A DNA stretch of 64,000 nucleotides from Candidatus Omnitrophota bacterium (GCA_041663665.1 JBAYMG010000006.1:1918-65917); one strand, 5' to 3'; counted from the stretch's first letter, positions 16,975 through 27,025 are shown. The notes: generated by a model not told the origin, from the letters alone. Made by a program: numbers and translations.

Positions 16975-19149
16975 TCACTTATTCGAAATTAAAACTTTAT
17001 ACAAATCTTCATTCGAGCGACAAGATAACATCTTTTGCCGATTTTCATCACTCATTAAAAAATTAGCTACTTCAGCCATGTGTTTTAAATATGGATAAGC
17101 AAAAGCTCTAGGAACTAAAGTAATCACAAATATCAAAGATGGTTTTTTGTCCAACGAATTAAAATCAACCCCTGCTTTTTTTATCCCGATTGCAGATACT
17201 AAATGGCTGACTTCATCGGTTTTAACATGCGGAAGCGCAATACCATCCTGCATCCCGGTTGAAATAATCAACTCCCTTTCAAGCAGATCCTTTAAAATTT
17301 TATCCTTGTTTTGATTGACACCCAGCTGGCCTGACCTGGCTAAAACATCAACTAATTCCCGCATAATTTCTTCCTTAGTATTACCTTTAAGATTTATTTC
17401 CACTGCTGCTTTGTTAATAATCTGGGAAAATTTTACGCGCCCATTCTTAACCTTGCCTTTATTTTCAAATATACTCCTGCCGATCTTCTCTTTATCCGGA
17501 AGAACTTCCAGATGTTTAATAATATATTCCAGATCAACTAGAACATCATAAAAAAGGGTCTGAATAAACGAACTATCACCGGCTGAACAGGAAAAGATCA
17601 AAGATTGCGGGGTATATTTCAAAACAATAAATGTTTGATCTTTTCGAATCTGGTAGATCTTCTCCGGGACCTCTGTAAGGTATATATAAAAATTTTCCCG
17701 TTTAAACGCCTCAATTACCCTAATTAAGATTAACTCCGAAGTCTCTAAATTAGGCATAGAATACTGAATTTCAGTTTGTTCAAGTCTAATTTTTAACTTT
17801 TTTCTTAAACCCGTCCCATCTAAGGCGAATAGTTTAGCTAAAAAAGGCGGCGTAACCAGGGTGGTAATTAATGTCATCATTACCGAAATACTAAAAATAT
17901 CACGCGGGATTATATTTGCAGAAAGCCCGATGCCGGCGATAATTAAAGCTACCTCTCCCCTGGGAATCATGCCCACGCCAATTCTTGTTGCGCCGATTAA
18001 GTTAAAATTACAAAATAAAGCCGGAAGCCCGCATCCGAATACTTTTCCCACTATGGCAAAAACCAGATACATTGAACTAAAAAGAAGAACCTTGGAGGAA
18101 AATATCTCTTGTAGATTAACCAACATGCCCATCACGCAAAAGAAAACCGGAATAAAAAATTTCTGCAGCACAGACAAATTTTCCTGAATTATATAAGAAA
18201 GATCAGTTTTGGAAAGAGAAAGCCCCATAACATAGGCACCAATAATCATAGCTAAACCTGATCTTTCAAATATACCTGCCAAAAATAAAGCTAAAGCCAA
18301 ACTAATAATAGAAATCGCGGCTTTATCTTTAAACTTTTTTAACAAACCACTTAACTGGCGGGCAAAAGTTATTCCGACAACTGTAAACCCCAACCAGATA
18401 ATAATCGCCTTTAGAGAAATAAAACAAACTTGTTTCCAGGCAACCTGCCCGCTCTTGCAGATACCAATAATAATCGCCAGGACGATAATCCCAATTACAT
18501 CATCAATAACCGCAGCTGAAATAATCGTAATGCCTTCCGGTGAATCCAGCTTCCGGCTGTCTGACAAAGTCCTGGCAGTAACTCCAACCGAAGTAGCTGT
18601 TGAAATAATTCCCAAAAACAACGGTACAGGATGGCCAAAACCATATTGCAGGCCAAAAACATACTTAGAAAATAAAACCCCGGCTAAATCTCCAAGGACA
18701 AAACTTAAAATTGCCCCAAAAAGAGCAATAAAAGAACCAGCTAAAGAAAACCTGAATAAAGTATCTATATCTGTTTCCAACCCAACAATAAAAAGCAAAA
18801 TAATCGAAGCAATTGTCGAAATACCATAGAGCTCGATCGAAACCGGAAATCCGGCATAAAGGGGAAAAAATCCCTGCGCTAAACCAGGAAGCTTGATCCC
18901 GCCTAGAAAATAAGGGCTGATAATGATCCCGGCAACTATTTCTCCAACAACTGTAGGTAATTTAAGTTTATTAAACAATACCCCGCCGGCTTTGGCAGCA
19001 AATATAATTATGCCCAATTGTAAAACTAAAACCGCCATACTATCAACAATATCTGCATGCGCCGGCACCTCTTGAGCATACAAGCTGGAAAATGACGCAA
19101 AGAAGAAGAATGCAAAAATTGTAAGTATAAAAATATTTTTTATTTTCAT
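16975..19149 (-). CDS. CPA2-family cation/proton antiporter fused to a C-terminal PTS EIIA type-2 (PtsN-like) domain
   Basis: Roughly 400-aa Na/H-exchanger-type membrane domain, then a linker, then the EIIA-2 signature GIALPHVKT with the phosphorylatable His. N-terminal signal-like sequence. Confidence 0.75.
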   Translation of the reverse strand: MKIKNIFILTIFAFFFFASFSSLYAQEVPAHADIVDSMAVLVLQLGIIIFAAKAGGVLFNKLKLPTVVGEIVAGIIISPYFLGGIKLPGLAQGFFPLYAGFPVSIELYGISTIASIILLFIVGLETDIDTLFRFSLAGSFIALFGAILSFVLGDLAGVLFSKYVFGLQYGFGHPVPLFLGIISTATSVGVTARTLSDSRKLDSPEGITIISAAVIDDVIGIIVLAIIIGICKSGQVAWKQVCFISLKAIIIWLGFTVVGITFARQLSGLLKKFKDKAAISIISLALALFLAGIFERSGLAMIIGAYVMGLSLSKTDLSYIIQENLSVLQKFFIPVFFCVMGMLVNLQEIFSSKVLLFSSMYLVFAIVGKVFGCGLPALFCNFNLIGATRIGVGMIPRGEVALIIAGIGLSANIIPRDIFSISVMMTLITTLVTPPFLAKLFALDGTGLRKKLKIRLEQTEIQYSMPNLETSELILIRVIEAFKRENFYIYLTEVPEKIYQIRKDQTFIVLKYTPQSLIFSCSAGDSSFIQTLFYDVLVDLEYIIKHLEVLPDKEKIGRSIFENKGKVKNGRVKFSQIINKAAVEINLKGNTKEEIMRELVDVLARSGQLGVNQNKDKILKDLLERELIISTGMQDGIALPHVKTDEVSHLVSAIGIKKAGVDFNSLDKKPSLIFVITLVPRAFAYPYLKHMAEVANFLMSDENRQKMLSCRSNEDLYKVLISNK

Positions 19150-19183
19150 AATTTAATAACTAATCATTGGCCTACTTTAAAAT

Positions 19184-21739
19184 TTACTCGGAAACAAATT
19201 TCTTATTTAATGCTTTAAAACCTTCAAACCAAACTAAACTTATTATACCACTGACAAACGCAATAAGTAAATCCCCTACTGATAAAACTGAAAAATGGAA
19301 AAGATTGCGTAACGCCGGAACATAGATAACCAACATAAGTGCAGCTAAAGCCCCACACATAACCGCTAATAATGCTTTATTTTTTGACCTTAGAATTCCC
19401 ACTAGATTCTTAGACCAGGAAAGATTAGTAATGATTAGCATGACATTAGCAAAAACCAATGTTGCAAAAGCCAGAGTGCGCGCTTCAAGTTCACCTTTCT
19501 TTAAAAATAGCGCGAACATAAACACGGCAAATACAACTGCCAGCACACTAAGCCCCTGTAATAAACTAAAAATAAACGACTTTTTATTAAATAGTGACTC
19601 CCGTAAATTACGCGGAGGCCTTTTCATAATATTATTTTCTTCCACAGAAGCCTCAAATACTGTTGAGCAGGCCGGATCAATGATCAATTCCAGAAAAGCT
19701 ATATGCGCCGGTAAAAGCGCTATCGGTAAATTAAATAAAACCGGCAAGAATGACATCCCGGCAATCGGTACATGTATCGAAAAAATATACGCAATTGCTT
19801 TCTTTAAATTATCAAAGATTCTCCTGCCTAAACGCACCGCATGTACAATTGAAGAAAAATCATCATTAAGCAACACCAGAGCAGAGGCCTCGCGCGCCAC
19901 GTCAGTACCCCTCTCACCCATCGCAATGCCGATATGCGCCGACTTTAAAGCCGGAGCATCGTTAACTCCGTCTCCGGTCATTGCCACAACCTCTCCGTTA
20001 GCTTTTAAAGCATTGACGATCGCCAATTTTTGCTCCGGGACAACTCGCGCAAACACGTTAACTGTTTTTATTCTTTCTCTAAGCTGCAAATGATTCATTG
20101 TTTCAAGTTCAGGCCCGGTTATACACTGTCCAGGATTCTTAAGTCCAATTTGTTTTGCAATATAAATGGCTGTACCCGAATAATCTCCAGTTATCATAAT
20201 CACCCGCATACCCGCATCGTGGGCCTCCTTTATCGCCGCCGGAACAGTTGAGCGTATCGGATCAATAAACCCAAGTAAACCGATAAATTCAAAAATAAAA
20301 TCATGCTGGATATCCGGTAGATCAGCCTTCTTAAAAGAAGCTCTGGCAACACCTAAAATACGCAGGCCTCGATTAGCCATCTCTTCTATGTTTTTAGCAA
20401 GCTCCCTGTGTTGAGCTTGACTAAAATGGCAAAGTTCTCCTATGGCCTCAGGAGAACCTTTAGTAGCAATTATAAAATGCTGCTTATCAGGAGACTCCCA
20501 AACATGCGATAAAGCGAGCAGTTGTTTTGAAAGCGGATATTCTTTAATCAGCTTCCAGTTTTTGTGGATATGCTCGGAACCGGATAAATAAAATTCCCCA
20601 ATACGTTTTAATTCTTTCTCAATCGGATCAAAAGGGTCTTTCTGACTAGCCAAGATACCATACTCCATAAGATCATGCACTGTTTCAGGTAAAGATTTTA
20701 ACTCTTTTGTATCAACATCATAATAAGTTCCCTTAACGCATAAGGTAGTCAGATGCATCGCATTTAAAGTAAGTGTCCCGGTCTTATCTGTACATAAGAC
20801 TGTCGCAGCACCCAAGGTTTCAATAGCGGCAGAACGCCTGGTTAAAACCTGGCTCTTAGAAATTCGCCAAGCACCTAAAGTAAGAAAAATAATTAAAACT
20901 ACCGGAAACTCTTCCGGCAGCATTGCCATGCTTAAGGTTAATCCGGAAAGTATACCGTTTAGCCAATTCCCGCGTGTTGCCCCATAAATGACGATAACCA
21001 ACACGCAGAGAATTATTCCGGCGATGGAAAAATTACGTACAATCTTGCCTGTTTCTTTTTGCAGCAGAGTATCTTCTTCACGGATATTTTGCAAAGCCCG
21101 GCCGATTTTTCCCATTTCGGTATGCACACCGATAAAGGTTACCCGGGCAACACCCCGGCCCCCGACTACCAATGTACCGGAATAAACAAAGGGAAGGTCA
21201 TCTCCCCCCGGATGCCGATTAAACTCTTCCTTATCCCATTCTGATTTACGCACTGGCACAGATTCGCCAGTTAGCAAGGATTCATCTACAGACAAATTTG
21301 AACAAGACAAAATCACCGCATCTGCCGGAACCCGGTCGCCTTCTTTTAAAATAATTAGATCTTCAACAACGACCTCTCTACCGGCAATCCTCTTCTGTTG
21401 GGCTTGGCGGATAACCAGCGCCCTGGGGCTTGAAAGATCGCGTAATGCCTCTAAAGTTCTTTCTGTTTTTCGCTCCTGGTAAAAGGTAATTCCGACTACC
21501 ACAAATACAAAGGTAAGTAACATCAATGCATCCCTGGGCTCACCTAAAATCAAATAAATGGAACCGGTAAATATTAATAAAAGCAGCATCGGCTCTTTTA
21601 TAACATTAAAAAATATTATAAAAACATTACGCTTTTTTTGAGAAGGGATTTCATTATAGCCATACTGCTTAAGTTTCTCGACAACCTCTTTTTCTGATAA
21701 TCCTTCCAGCTCTTCAATTTCCCGTTCACAAAACCCCAT
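19184..21739 (-). CDS. P-type cation-transporting ATPase (P2-type, Ca/Mg-ATPase-like)
   Basis: CTDKTGTLT phosphorylation motif, TGDGVNDAPALK hinge, PEEFP in TM4, 10 predicted TMs. Start chosen at MGFCEREIEEL. Confidence 0.85.
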   Translation of the reverse strand: MGFCEREIEELEGLSEKEVVEKLKQYGYNEIPSQKKRNVFIIFFNVIKEPMLLLLIFTGSIYLILGEPRDALMLLTFVFVVVGITFYQERKTERTLEALRDLSSPRALVIRQAQQKRIAGREVVVEDLIILKEGDRVPADAVILSCSNLSVDESLLTGESVPVRKSEWDKEEFNRHPGGDDLPFVYSGTLVVGGRGVARVTFIGVHTEMGKIGRALQNIREEDTLLQKETGKIVRNFSIAGIILCVLVIVIYGATRGNWLNGILSGLTLSMAMLPEEFPVVLIIFLTLGAWRISKSQVLTRRSAAIETLGAATVLCTDKTGTLTLNAMHLTTLCVKGTYYDVDTKELKSLPETVHDLMEYGILASQKDPFDPIEKELKRIGEFYLSGSEHIHKNWKLIKEYPLSKQLLALSHVWESPDKQHFIIATKGSPEAIGELCHFSQAQHRELAKNIEEMANRGLRILGVARASFKKADLPDIQHDFIFEFIGLLGFIDPIRSTVPAAIKEAHDAGMRVIMITGDYSGTAIYIAKQIGLKNPGQCITGPELETMNHLQLRERIKTVNVFARVVPEQKLAIVNALKANGEVVAMTGDGVNDAPALKSAHIGIAMGERGTDVAREASALVLLNDDFSSIVHAVRLGRRIFDNLKKAIAYIFSIHVPIAGMSFLPVLFNLPIALLPAHIAFLELIIDPACSTVFEASVEENNIMKRPPRNLRESLFNKKSFIFSLLQGLSVLAVVFAVFMFALFLKKGELEARTLAFATLVFANVMLIITNLSWSKNLVGILRSKNKALLAVMCGALAALMLVIYVPALRNLFHFSVLSVGDLLIAFVSGIISLVWFEGFKALNKKFVSE

Positions 21740-21919
21740 GCACTCCCCCGATATCCTTAATAAAAAAAGCAAGCTCTCATTTCTGGACCAAGTATTCCGA
21801 AACTTTCGGAAACCCAATAGCAAAAACTATTGCCATACTTTCACCCGGCATGAGAACCTGCTCTTCATTAATAATAATTATTTCAAAACAAACAATCTCT
21901 TTATCAATTAGATTCTAAT

Positions 21920-22438
21920 TTAAGAACGCTCTTTGCGTCTCGGAGAAAATGAACCTCTTCTTTTAGCAAACCCTGAGCCCCTTGACGGTGCGCGATTATC
22001 AAAACTGCGGTGGCGGGAAAAACCTCCGGTTCTTGGCCGATCACCGAATCCCCCTTTGGATGGAGCAGAATCCTTGCGTGCCGAAAAACAATCTCGGCAA
22101 TACACCGGACGATCACCGGTTGGCTTAAAAGGAATCTCGCATTCTTTACCGCATTCCGAACAAACTGCTTGAGTAAAATTAGTTTCTCTCGGCCGCTCAT
22201 CATACCTGGAACCCCCAGAACGACCGGCAGGTCTAAAACGCCCAGGCCTCTCAAACCTATCGCCCCCGGCAGCTGCAGCACGGTCTGGAGCGCGATTAAT
22301 TAAAGTATCCAGTTTTTTCTCCAGGGAAACTAATTGATCACACATTTTATTAACTAAACCGGTTAGATCATTCTGCGCTTCAGGCATAACCAGATCTGCC
22401 GGCTCAGCAACATTTTTGCGCTTGATTATTTTCTTCAT
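21920..22438 (-). CDS. RGG/Arg-Gly-rich protein with a zf-trcl-like double-CxxC zinc ribbon
   Basis: Core CSECGKECEIPFKPTGDRPVYCRDCF. Flanking sequence is Arg/Gly/Ser/Pro-rich low complexity. The gene is locally GC-rich, which generates spurious overlapping ORFs. Confidence 0.6.
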   Translation of the reverse strand: MKKIIKRKNVAEPADLVMPEAQNDLTGLVNKMCDQLVSLEKKLDTLINRAPDRAAAAGGDRFERPGRFRPAGRSGGSRYDERPRETNFTQAVCSECGKECEIPFKPTGDRPVYCRDCFSARKDSAPSKGGFGDRPRTGGFSRHRSFDNRAPSRGSGFAKRRGSFSPRRKERS

Positions 22439-22722
22439 TTTACTCCTTTTTTTGTAACGCTTTGGTTAAAAAAATTAACAATTAATCTCAATTTTTCTTT
22501 TCTAGTGAAACTTTTAATCTGGGCTTCGCGTTTTAACGCCCCGGAACGATTAGCAGCCAATTCGCTATAGGCCAGCTCTACCGGGATTCTATATCTTGTA
22601 AAACGACAGCCATTACCGCTATTATGTTCTTTAATCCGACGATTAAGGTCGCTGGTAATACCAGTGTAAAACAGGCCGTCCTTGCATTTAATTATATAAA
22701 CCTGCCAACTGGCAATAAGCAT
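22435..22722 (-). CDS. GIY-YIG nuclease-superfamily small protein (UPF0213/YhbQ-like)
   Basis: YIIKCKDGLFYTGITSDLNRRIKEHN GIY-YIG core. 4-bp overlap with the downstream zinc-ribbon gene. Confidence 0.8.
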   Translation of the reverse strand: MLIASWQVYIIKCKDGLFYTGITSDLNRRIKEHNSGNGCRFTRYRIPVELAYSELAANRSGALKREAQIKSFTRKEKLRLIVNFFNQSVTKKGVK

Positions 22723-22744
22723 CTTAAATATTTAAAAAAATAAT

Positions 22745-23290
22745 TTACCTTTTATCCTTACCATACCGTAAGGATCCAAAAGCCGGCAGCAAAATAGATA
22801 CAAATATTATACTAAATATGACTAGCGAAAAATTTTCTTTAACCCAAGGTAAGTTACCGAAAAAGAAACCGCCCACAACAAACACAACAATCCAGAGAAA
22901 CGCGCCGATGACATTATAAGAGAAGAAATAACCGTAACTCATTTTCCCGGCTCCGGCGACAAACGGGGCAAATGTCCTGACAATCGGAACAAATCTTGCT
23001 AAAACAATAGTTTTACCGCCGTATTTTTCGTAAAACGCATGGGTCTTAACTAAGTATTCTTTTTTAAAAAAACGGGAATTTTCTTTAAAAACTTTTTCAC
23101 CAATTTTTTTGCCAAAAGCATAATTCAAGGCATCACCGGCAACCGCAGCCAGAAATAAAATTAGAATAACCCCGATTAGATTAAAAGAACCCAAAGCCGA
23201 ATAAGTACCAACGACAAAAAGCAACGAATCACCGGGCAGAAAAGGCATAACCACCAAACCCGTTTCAGCAAAAATTATTAAAAAAAGCAA
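22745..23290 (-). CDS. DedA-family (SNARE-associated/TVP38) membrane protein
   Basis: GDALNYAFGKKIG and RFVPIVRTFAPFVAG motifs. Confidence 0.8.
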   Translation of the reverse strand: MLFLIIFAETGLVVMPFLPGDSLLFVVGTYSALGSFNLIGVILILFLAAVAGDALNYAFGKKIGEKVFKENSRFFKKEYLVKTHAFYEKYGGKTIVLARFVPIVRTFAPFVAGAGKMSYGYFFSYNVIGAFLWIVVFVVGGFFFGNLPWVKENFSLVIFSIIFVSILLPAFGSLRYGKDKR

Positions 23291-23423
23291 AGCATAAGAC
23301 CAGATGCCGCAGATCTGTATGGCCAGATTTAAATACTCATCCAGATGGAAAAATAAATCAATAATATTTATTTTTACTCCTAATTTAACTAAGTTTTAAT
23401 TATATCTGCAATACTTTGATAAA

Positions 23424-24083
23424 TCAAGAATACTTTATTTTTTTGCCATAAATGTACACAAAGAAATCCCGATGCAATAAGTAACGGAAATAAGAACGCT
23501 GGGTACGTGACAAAACGACAAACCCCTGTTTATTAAAAAATTGCGCAGCCTTATCCGACATAGTAGCAAAATGCACAGCCGTAACCCCTTCATCTTTAAG
23601 GTAGGCAAGGTAACGGGCAATCAGTTGTGAACCAATACCCAGGTTACGAAAATCAGGATGCATATTAATGTGCAGCGTAGCCGGATATTCATGCGCAACT
23701 AGCGGCTGACGAAACTCCCCTTTAAGCATGCTGCCAAAGCAGCTTCCGATAAAAACAATATTTTTAAACTTAAAGAGCACTCCTGAAGAAAACGCTTTGA
23801 CCAGCAATTTTAGCATAATCTTTTTTGCGAAAATCTTCTCCATCTGCCTTACGTCTTTTGCGCCAATTAAATACCCGACAACTTCCCCGTTTTTTTCAGC
23901 AACAAAACAAGATTGACTCTCATAATCAGTAAAATATCCAGTCAAGGCATCGGCAAAAATATCATCACCATCAAAAAAATTAGAACAAGGCTGGCCGAAA
24001 AAAGCTGTATTAAAACAAATCTGCCTCACCCTTTGCCGATCAGAAGAACAATACTTTCTTATCACCGCCTTAGTATCATTCAT
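23424..24083 (-). CDS. GNAT-family N-acetyltransferase
   Basis: Acetyl-CoA-binding-type RNLGIGSQLI motif. Confidence 0.7.
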   Translation of the reverse strand: MNDTKAVIRKYCSSDRQRVRQICFNTAFFGQPCSNFFDGDDIFADALTGYFTDYESQSCFVAEKNGEVVGYLIGAKDVRQMEKIFAKKIMLKLLVKAFSSGVLFKFKNIVFIGSCFGSMLKGEFRQPLVAHEYPATLHINMHPDFRNLGIGSQLIARYLAYLKDEGVTAVHFATMSDKAAQFFNKQGFVVLSRTQRSYFRYLLHRDFFVYIYGKKIKYS

Positions 24084-24550
24084 TACGCCCTCTTCTGCTT
24101 AATCAGGTAAACAATACAAAATACAACAATATAAAAAAATATTCCACAGACAATACCCAGGACCAAGCTCCCGGTAAATAACGGCAGATAAAGATTCTTA
24201 ATTACCTGAAGTATTCCCCATATTGATAAGTGACTAAGGCTGGTAAAATATGCTCCGCTAAAAACAGGATAATTACCGCGTAAGATAGACCTGCCGATTT
24301 CATACCCGCCCCAGGTAATAAACGGTAATGTCACCGGCAAAGAAACGTTAGTACCTAAGAGAATTGCCAATTTATTCGCCTGCGGAATCAAACAGGCGGC
24401 AACAACTGCCAGTAATGTATGAAATCCGTAAACAGGCATAATTGCAATAAATGCCCCCAGCGAAACACCTAAAGCAATTCCATGCGGCGTATTATTAAGT
24501 TTAAGCAAACTAATAAAAGTAGTTTTAATTTTTTCAAACTTACCAGCCAT
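24083..24550 (-). CDS. DUF2062-family membrane protein
   Basis: TPHGIALGVSLGAFIAIMPVYGFHT... family pattern with 4 TMs. Start overlaps the upstream stop. Confidence 0.6.
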   Translation of the reverse strand: MAGKFEKIKTTFISLLKLNNTPHGIALGVSLGAFIAIMPVYGFHTLLAVVAACLIPQANKLAILLGTNVSLPVTLPFITWGGYEIGRSILRGNYPVFSGAYFTSLSHLSIWGILQVIKNLYLPLFTGSLVLGIVCGIFFYIVVFCIVYLIKQKRA

Positions 24551-24570
24551 ATTCTTTTCTACGCTTAGAG

Positions 24571-25638
24571 CTAATTCTTCTTCACCTCTTCAACCAACTC
24601 AGCAATTAGTTCTGGAACCGAAACTATTTTATTAATCCGATAAGCACTGCTGCCGCACATCGCAAACCCTTTATCTAAATGACCCCGGGAAGCGTTAAGC
24701 AAAGCCTTGGCTATGCAATAATTGACATTTTTAGGGTTACAAGTAATCAAACAGTTATAATCACAGCTAAAATCTATTTTTTCACCTGAAGTTATTCTTT
24801 TAACAAACTCGCTATTCAGCACTCTCCCCGGCAAACCTACCGGGCTCTGGATAATCACAATATCCTCTTTTTTAGCATTGACATACATCTCTTTATATTT
24901 TATGGAAACATCACACTCATGTGTACAAACAAACCTGGTCGCCATCTGTACACCGCTAGCCCCCAGCCTCATTACCCGGGCAATATCCTGTCCATCAAAA
25001 ATACCTCCGGCAGCAATTACCGGAATTCTATGTTTATCGGTTTCGAAATTCTTTACAACTTTAAGCACATCAACTAAAATTTTGTCCAGATAAAAATGCT
25101 CCGGATCATTTAATTCCGCCAAACTATAACCCAAATGCCCTCCGGCCAGCGGCCCTTCCACAATGATTGCGTCAGGTAAACGGTTAGATTTTCTCTTCCA
25201 GCTGGTACAAATAATCTGCGCTGCACGACCAGAAGAAACAATAGGAAACAATTTAGTCCGGGGATCCTTAACCAATAATGGCAGTTTCATCGGTAACCCT
25301 GCGCCTGAAATAATAACCTCTACTCTTTCTTCCTCAGCTACAGCCACCAATTGATCATAATTAGATAAAGCGCACATAATATTTACACCAAAAGGCTTAT
25401 CCGTGCGTTTTCTGGTTTCCCTGATACTTGCCCGCAAAGCTGCATCTGATCTTTTCTTATAATCGCTGAGCGGATCATTAACTGTTTCGCCAAGACCAAC
25501 TGCGGCAATTACCCCCAAGGCACCGGTTTTGGATACTGCCGAGACTAATGAATAATTAGACACGCCTACGCCCATACCACCTTGAATTATTGGTATTTCA
25601 ATCCTTAGATCCCCTATCTGCAAAGCCTTAAAATCCAA
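24571..25638 (-). CDS. nitronate monooxygenase / FabK-like enoyl-ACP reductase family (NMO, FMN TIM barrel)
   Basis: IIQGGMGVGVS N-terminal glycine-rich FMN motif; AAGGIFDGQDIARVM. Confidence 0.85.
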   Translation of the reverse strand: MDFKALQIGDLRIEIPIIQGGMGVGVSNYSLVSAVSKTGALGVIAAVGLGETVNDPLSDYKKRSDAALRASIRETRKRTDKPFGVNIMCALSNYDQLVAVAEEERVEVIISGAGLPMKLPLLVKDPRTKLFPIVSSGRAAQIICTSWKRKSNRLPDAIIVEGPLAGGHLGYSLAELNDPEHFYLDKILVDVLKVVKNFETDKHRIPVIAAGGIFDGQDIARVMRLGASGVQMATRFVCTHECDVSIKYKEMYVNAKKEDIVIIQSPVGLPGRVLNSEFVKRITSGEKIDFSCDYNCLITCNPKNVNYCIAKALLNASRGHLDKGFAMCGSSAYRINKIVSVPELIAELVEEVKKN

Positions 25639-25671
25639 TTTATCTCCTTATGGTAATATATCTTTTAGGCA

Positions 25672-26946
25672 TCAAATATTTTTACTTGTCGAAGCAGCCT
25701 TATATTTTCGAGCGACAAAAGCAATATCCTGCGTAGTCATCCAATCAGTATCAAAATCAGCTCCGGCGGAAAAATAAAGTGGACGGCGTTTTTTAAACAA
25801 ATTGATTCCATATTTCTCCGGATTATCCAAAACATCCGTACCAAAAAAAAGAATTAGCTGCTGTCCGGCGGAATTACCATTGACCTTAACACCTAAACCT
25901 TGCAAAAAACTTAGAGTCTTAAGTGCTGACTGCCGCGTCTGGTGCGGCAGGCCATACAAAGTAAAAACCTCAGGGTCAATGCCTGCCGCTTGAGTCAACT
26001 TAATAGTCTCTTTGAACTTACGCAAATCAATGCGTTTATTAATCGCTCTATTGACTACCGGATCAACTGATTCTAGGCCATAAGCAAGATATTTTACCCC
26101 GGCGCAAGCCATAAGATTAAGCAGCTGCGCATCCACTAATTCTGCGCGCGTCTCACACCAAATTTCAATTTTCCAACGCTTCTTTATAATTCCCTGCATG
26201 ATCGTTTGAACCCTTTTCTTATCAAAAGTAAAAGAAGGATCAGCAAAGAAAAATCTTTTGATTCTATTTTTAACACAGATGCTCATATCAGCAAGCACCC
26301 GATTAGTCGAATGCGATCGAATACTCCGCTTAAAAGCTCTAGGGGTATAACAAAAATTACAGTTATATGTGCAACCCCGGGAGGTAAGCATAGCAGCTCC
26401 GGTATGATCGCTCCAGCGAAATACCCCTGTCTGATAAGGAGAAGGAAATGTGTCTAAATTACGAACGTGCATCTGCGGAGCTGTTTCGCAAATCCTATCT
26501 GCTAGCCGAAAAGCTATACCTTTAACTTTTGCAATATCCCTTTGGTTCTTTAAACAATTAACCAGAGCAGGAAGCACTACCTCACCTTCTCCCCGAATAA
26601 TTAAATCAATATCGGGCATTTGCATTAACGCCGCCCCTGGCATAAAAGTTGCCTGTGGTCCGCCTAAAACGACTACAATAGACGAATCACACATCTTAAT
26701 CAATTTCGCCAATTGCATCGCCAAGCTGACATTCACCTGGTATACTGCTAACCCCACTACCGCAGGTTTAAATTTAAGGACAAAATTACTAATTGACTTA
26801 TCCGTCAAAACAGTAAGTGAATCTATCTCAGCGATAACTGAATCTATATTATGGTTGGCTAAGCTTGCGGCAATATAACCCAATGATATAGGGAAAAGAT
26901 CACCTCCTAAAGGAGGTAAATTAAAAAGTAAAACTCTTGTCTTCAT
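25672..26946 (-). CDS. B12-binding-domain radical SAM protein
   Basis: N-terminal Rossmann-like B12-binding region, then CTYNCNFC (CxxxCxxC). Confidence 0.8.
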   Translation of the reverse strand: MKTRVLLFNLPPLGGDLFPISLGYIAASLANHNIDSVIAEIDSLTVLTDKSISNFVLKFKPAVVGLAVYQVNVSLAMQLAKLIKMCDSSIVVVLGGPQATFMPGAALMQMPDIDLIIRGEGEVVLPALVNCLKNQRDIAKVKGIAFRLADRICETAPQMHVRNLDTFPSPYQTGVFRWSDHTGAAMLTSRGCTYNCNFCYTPRAFKRSIRSHSTNRVLADMSICVKNRIKRFFFADPSFTFDKKRVQTIMQGIIKKRWKIEIWCETRAELVDAQLLNLMACAGVKYLAYGLESVDPVVNRAINKRIDLRKFKETIKLTQAAGIDPEVFTLYGLPHQTRQSALKTLSFLQGLGVKVNGNSAGQQLILFFGTDVLDNPEKYGINLFKKRRPLYFSAGADFDTDWMTTQDIAFVARKYKAASTSKNI

Positions 26947-26968
26947 AATGAGAGTGATGCTTCTGATT

Positions 26969-27025
26969 AAATCGGGGACGTTTCTATTTATTTAGACATA
27001 TTAGATAATAAATAGAAGCGCCCCC
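26969..27025. repeat. palindromic repeat element, degenerate copy C
   Basis: aaatcggggacgtttctatttattt ... aataaatagaagcgccccc. The arm mismatches break the perfect palindrome. Confidence 0.7.

Noticed and set aside
19431-20093. 220-aa plus-strand ORF (also 20030..20251, 20988..21244)
   Set aside because: Lies entirely antisense within the P-type ATPase gene. Composition is low-complexity (Ser/Ala/Thr-rich) typical of antisense translation of a conserved gene. No start context.
21904-22303. Three additional ORFs (21904..22281 minus; 21933..22172 and 22010..22303 plus) overlapping the zinc-ribbon gene
   Set aside because: Products of the local GC richness of this gene, which has few stop codons in any frame. 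Only the frame with the CxxC...CRDC motif has recognisable protein features.
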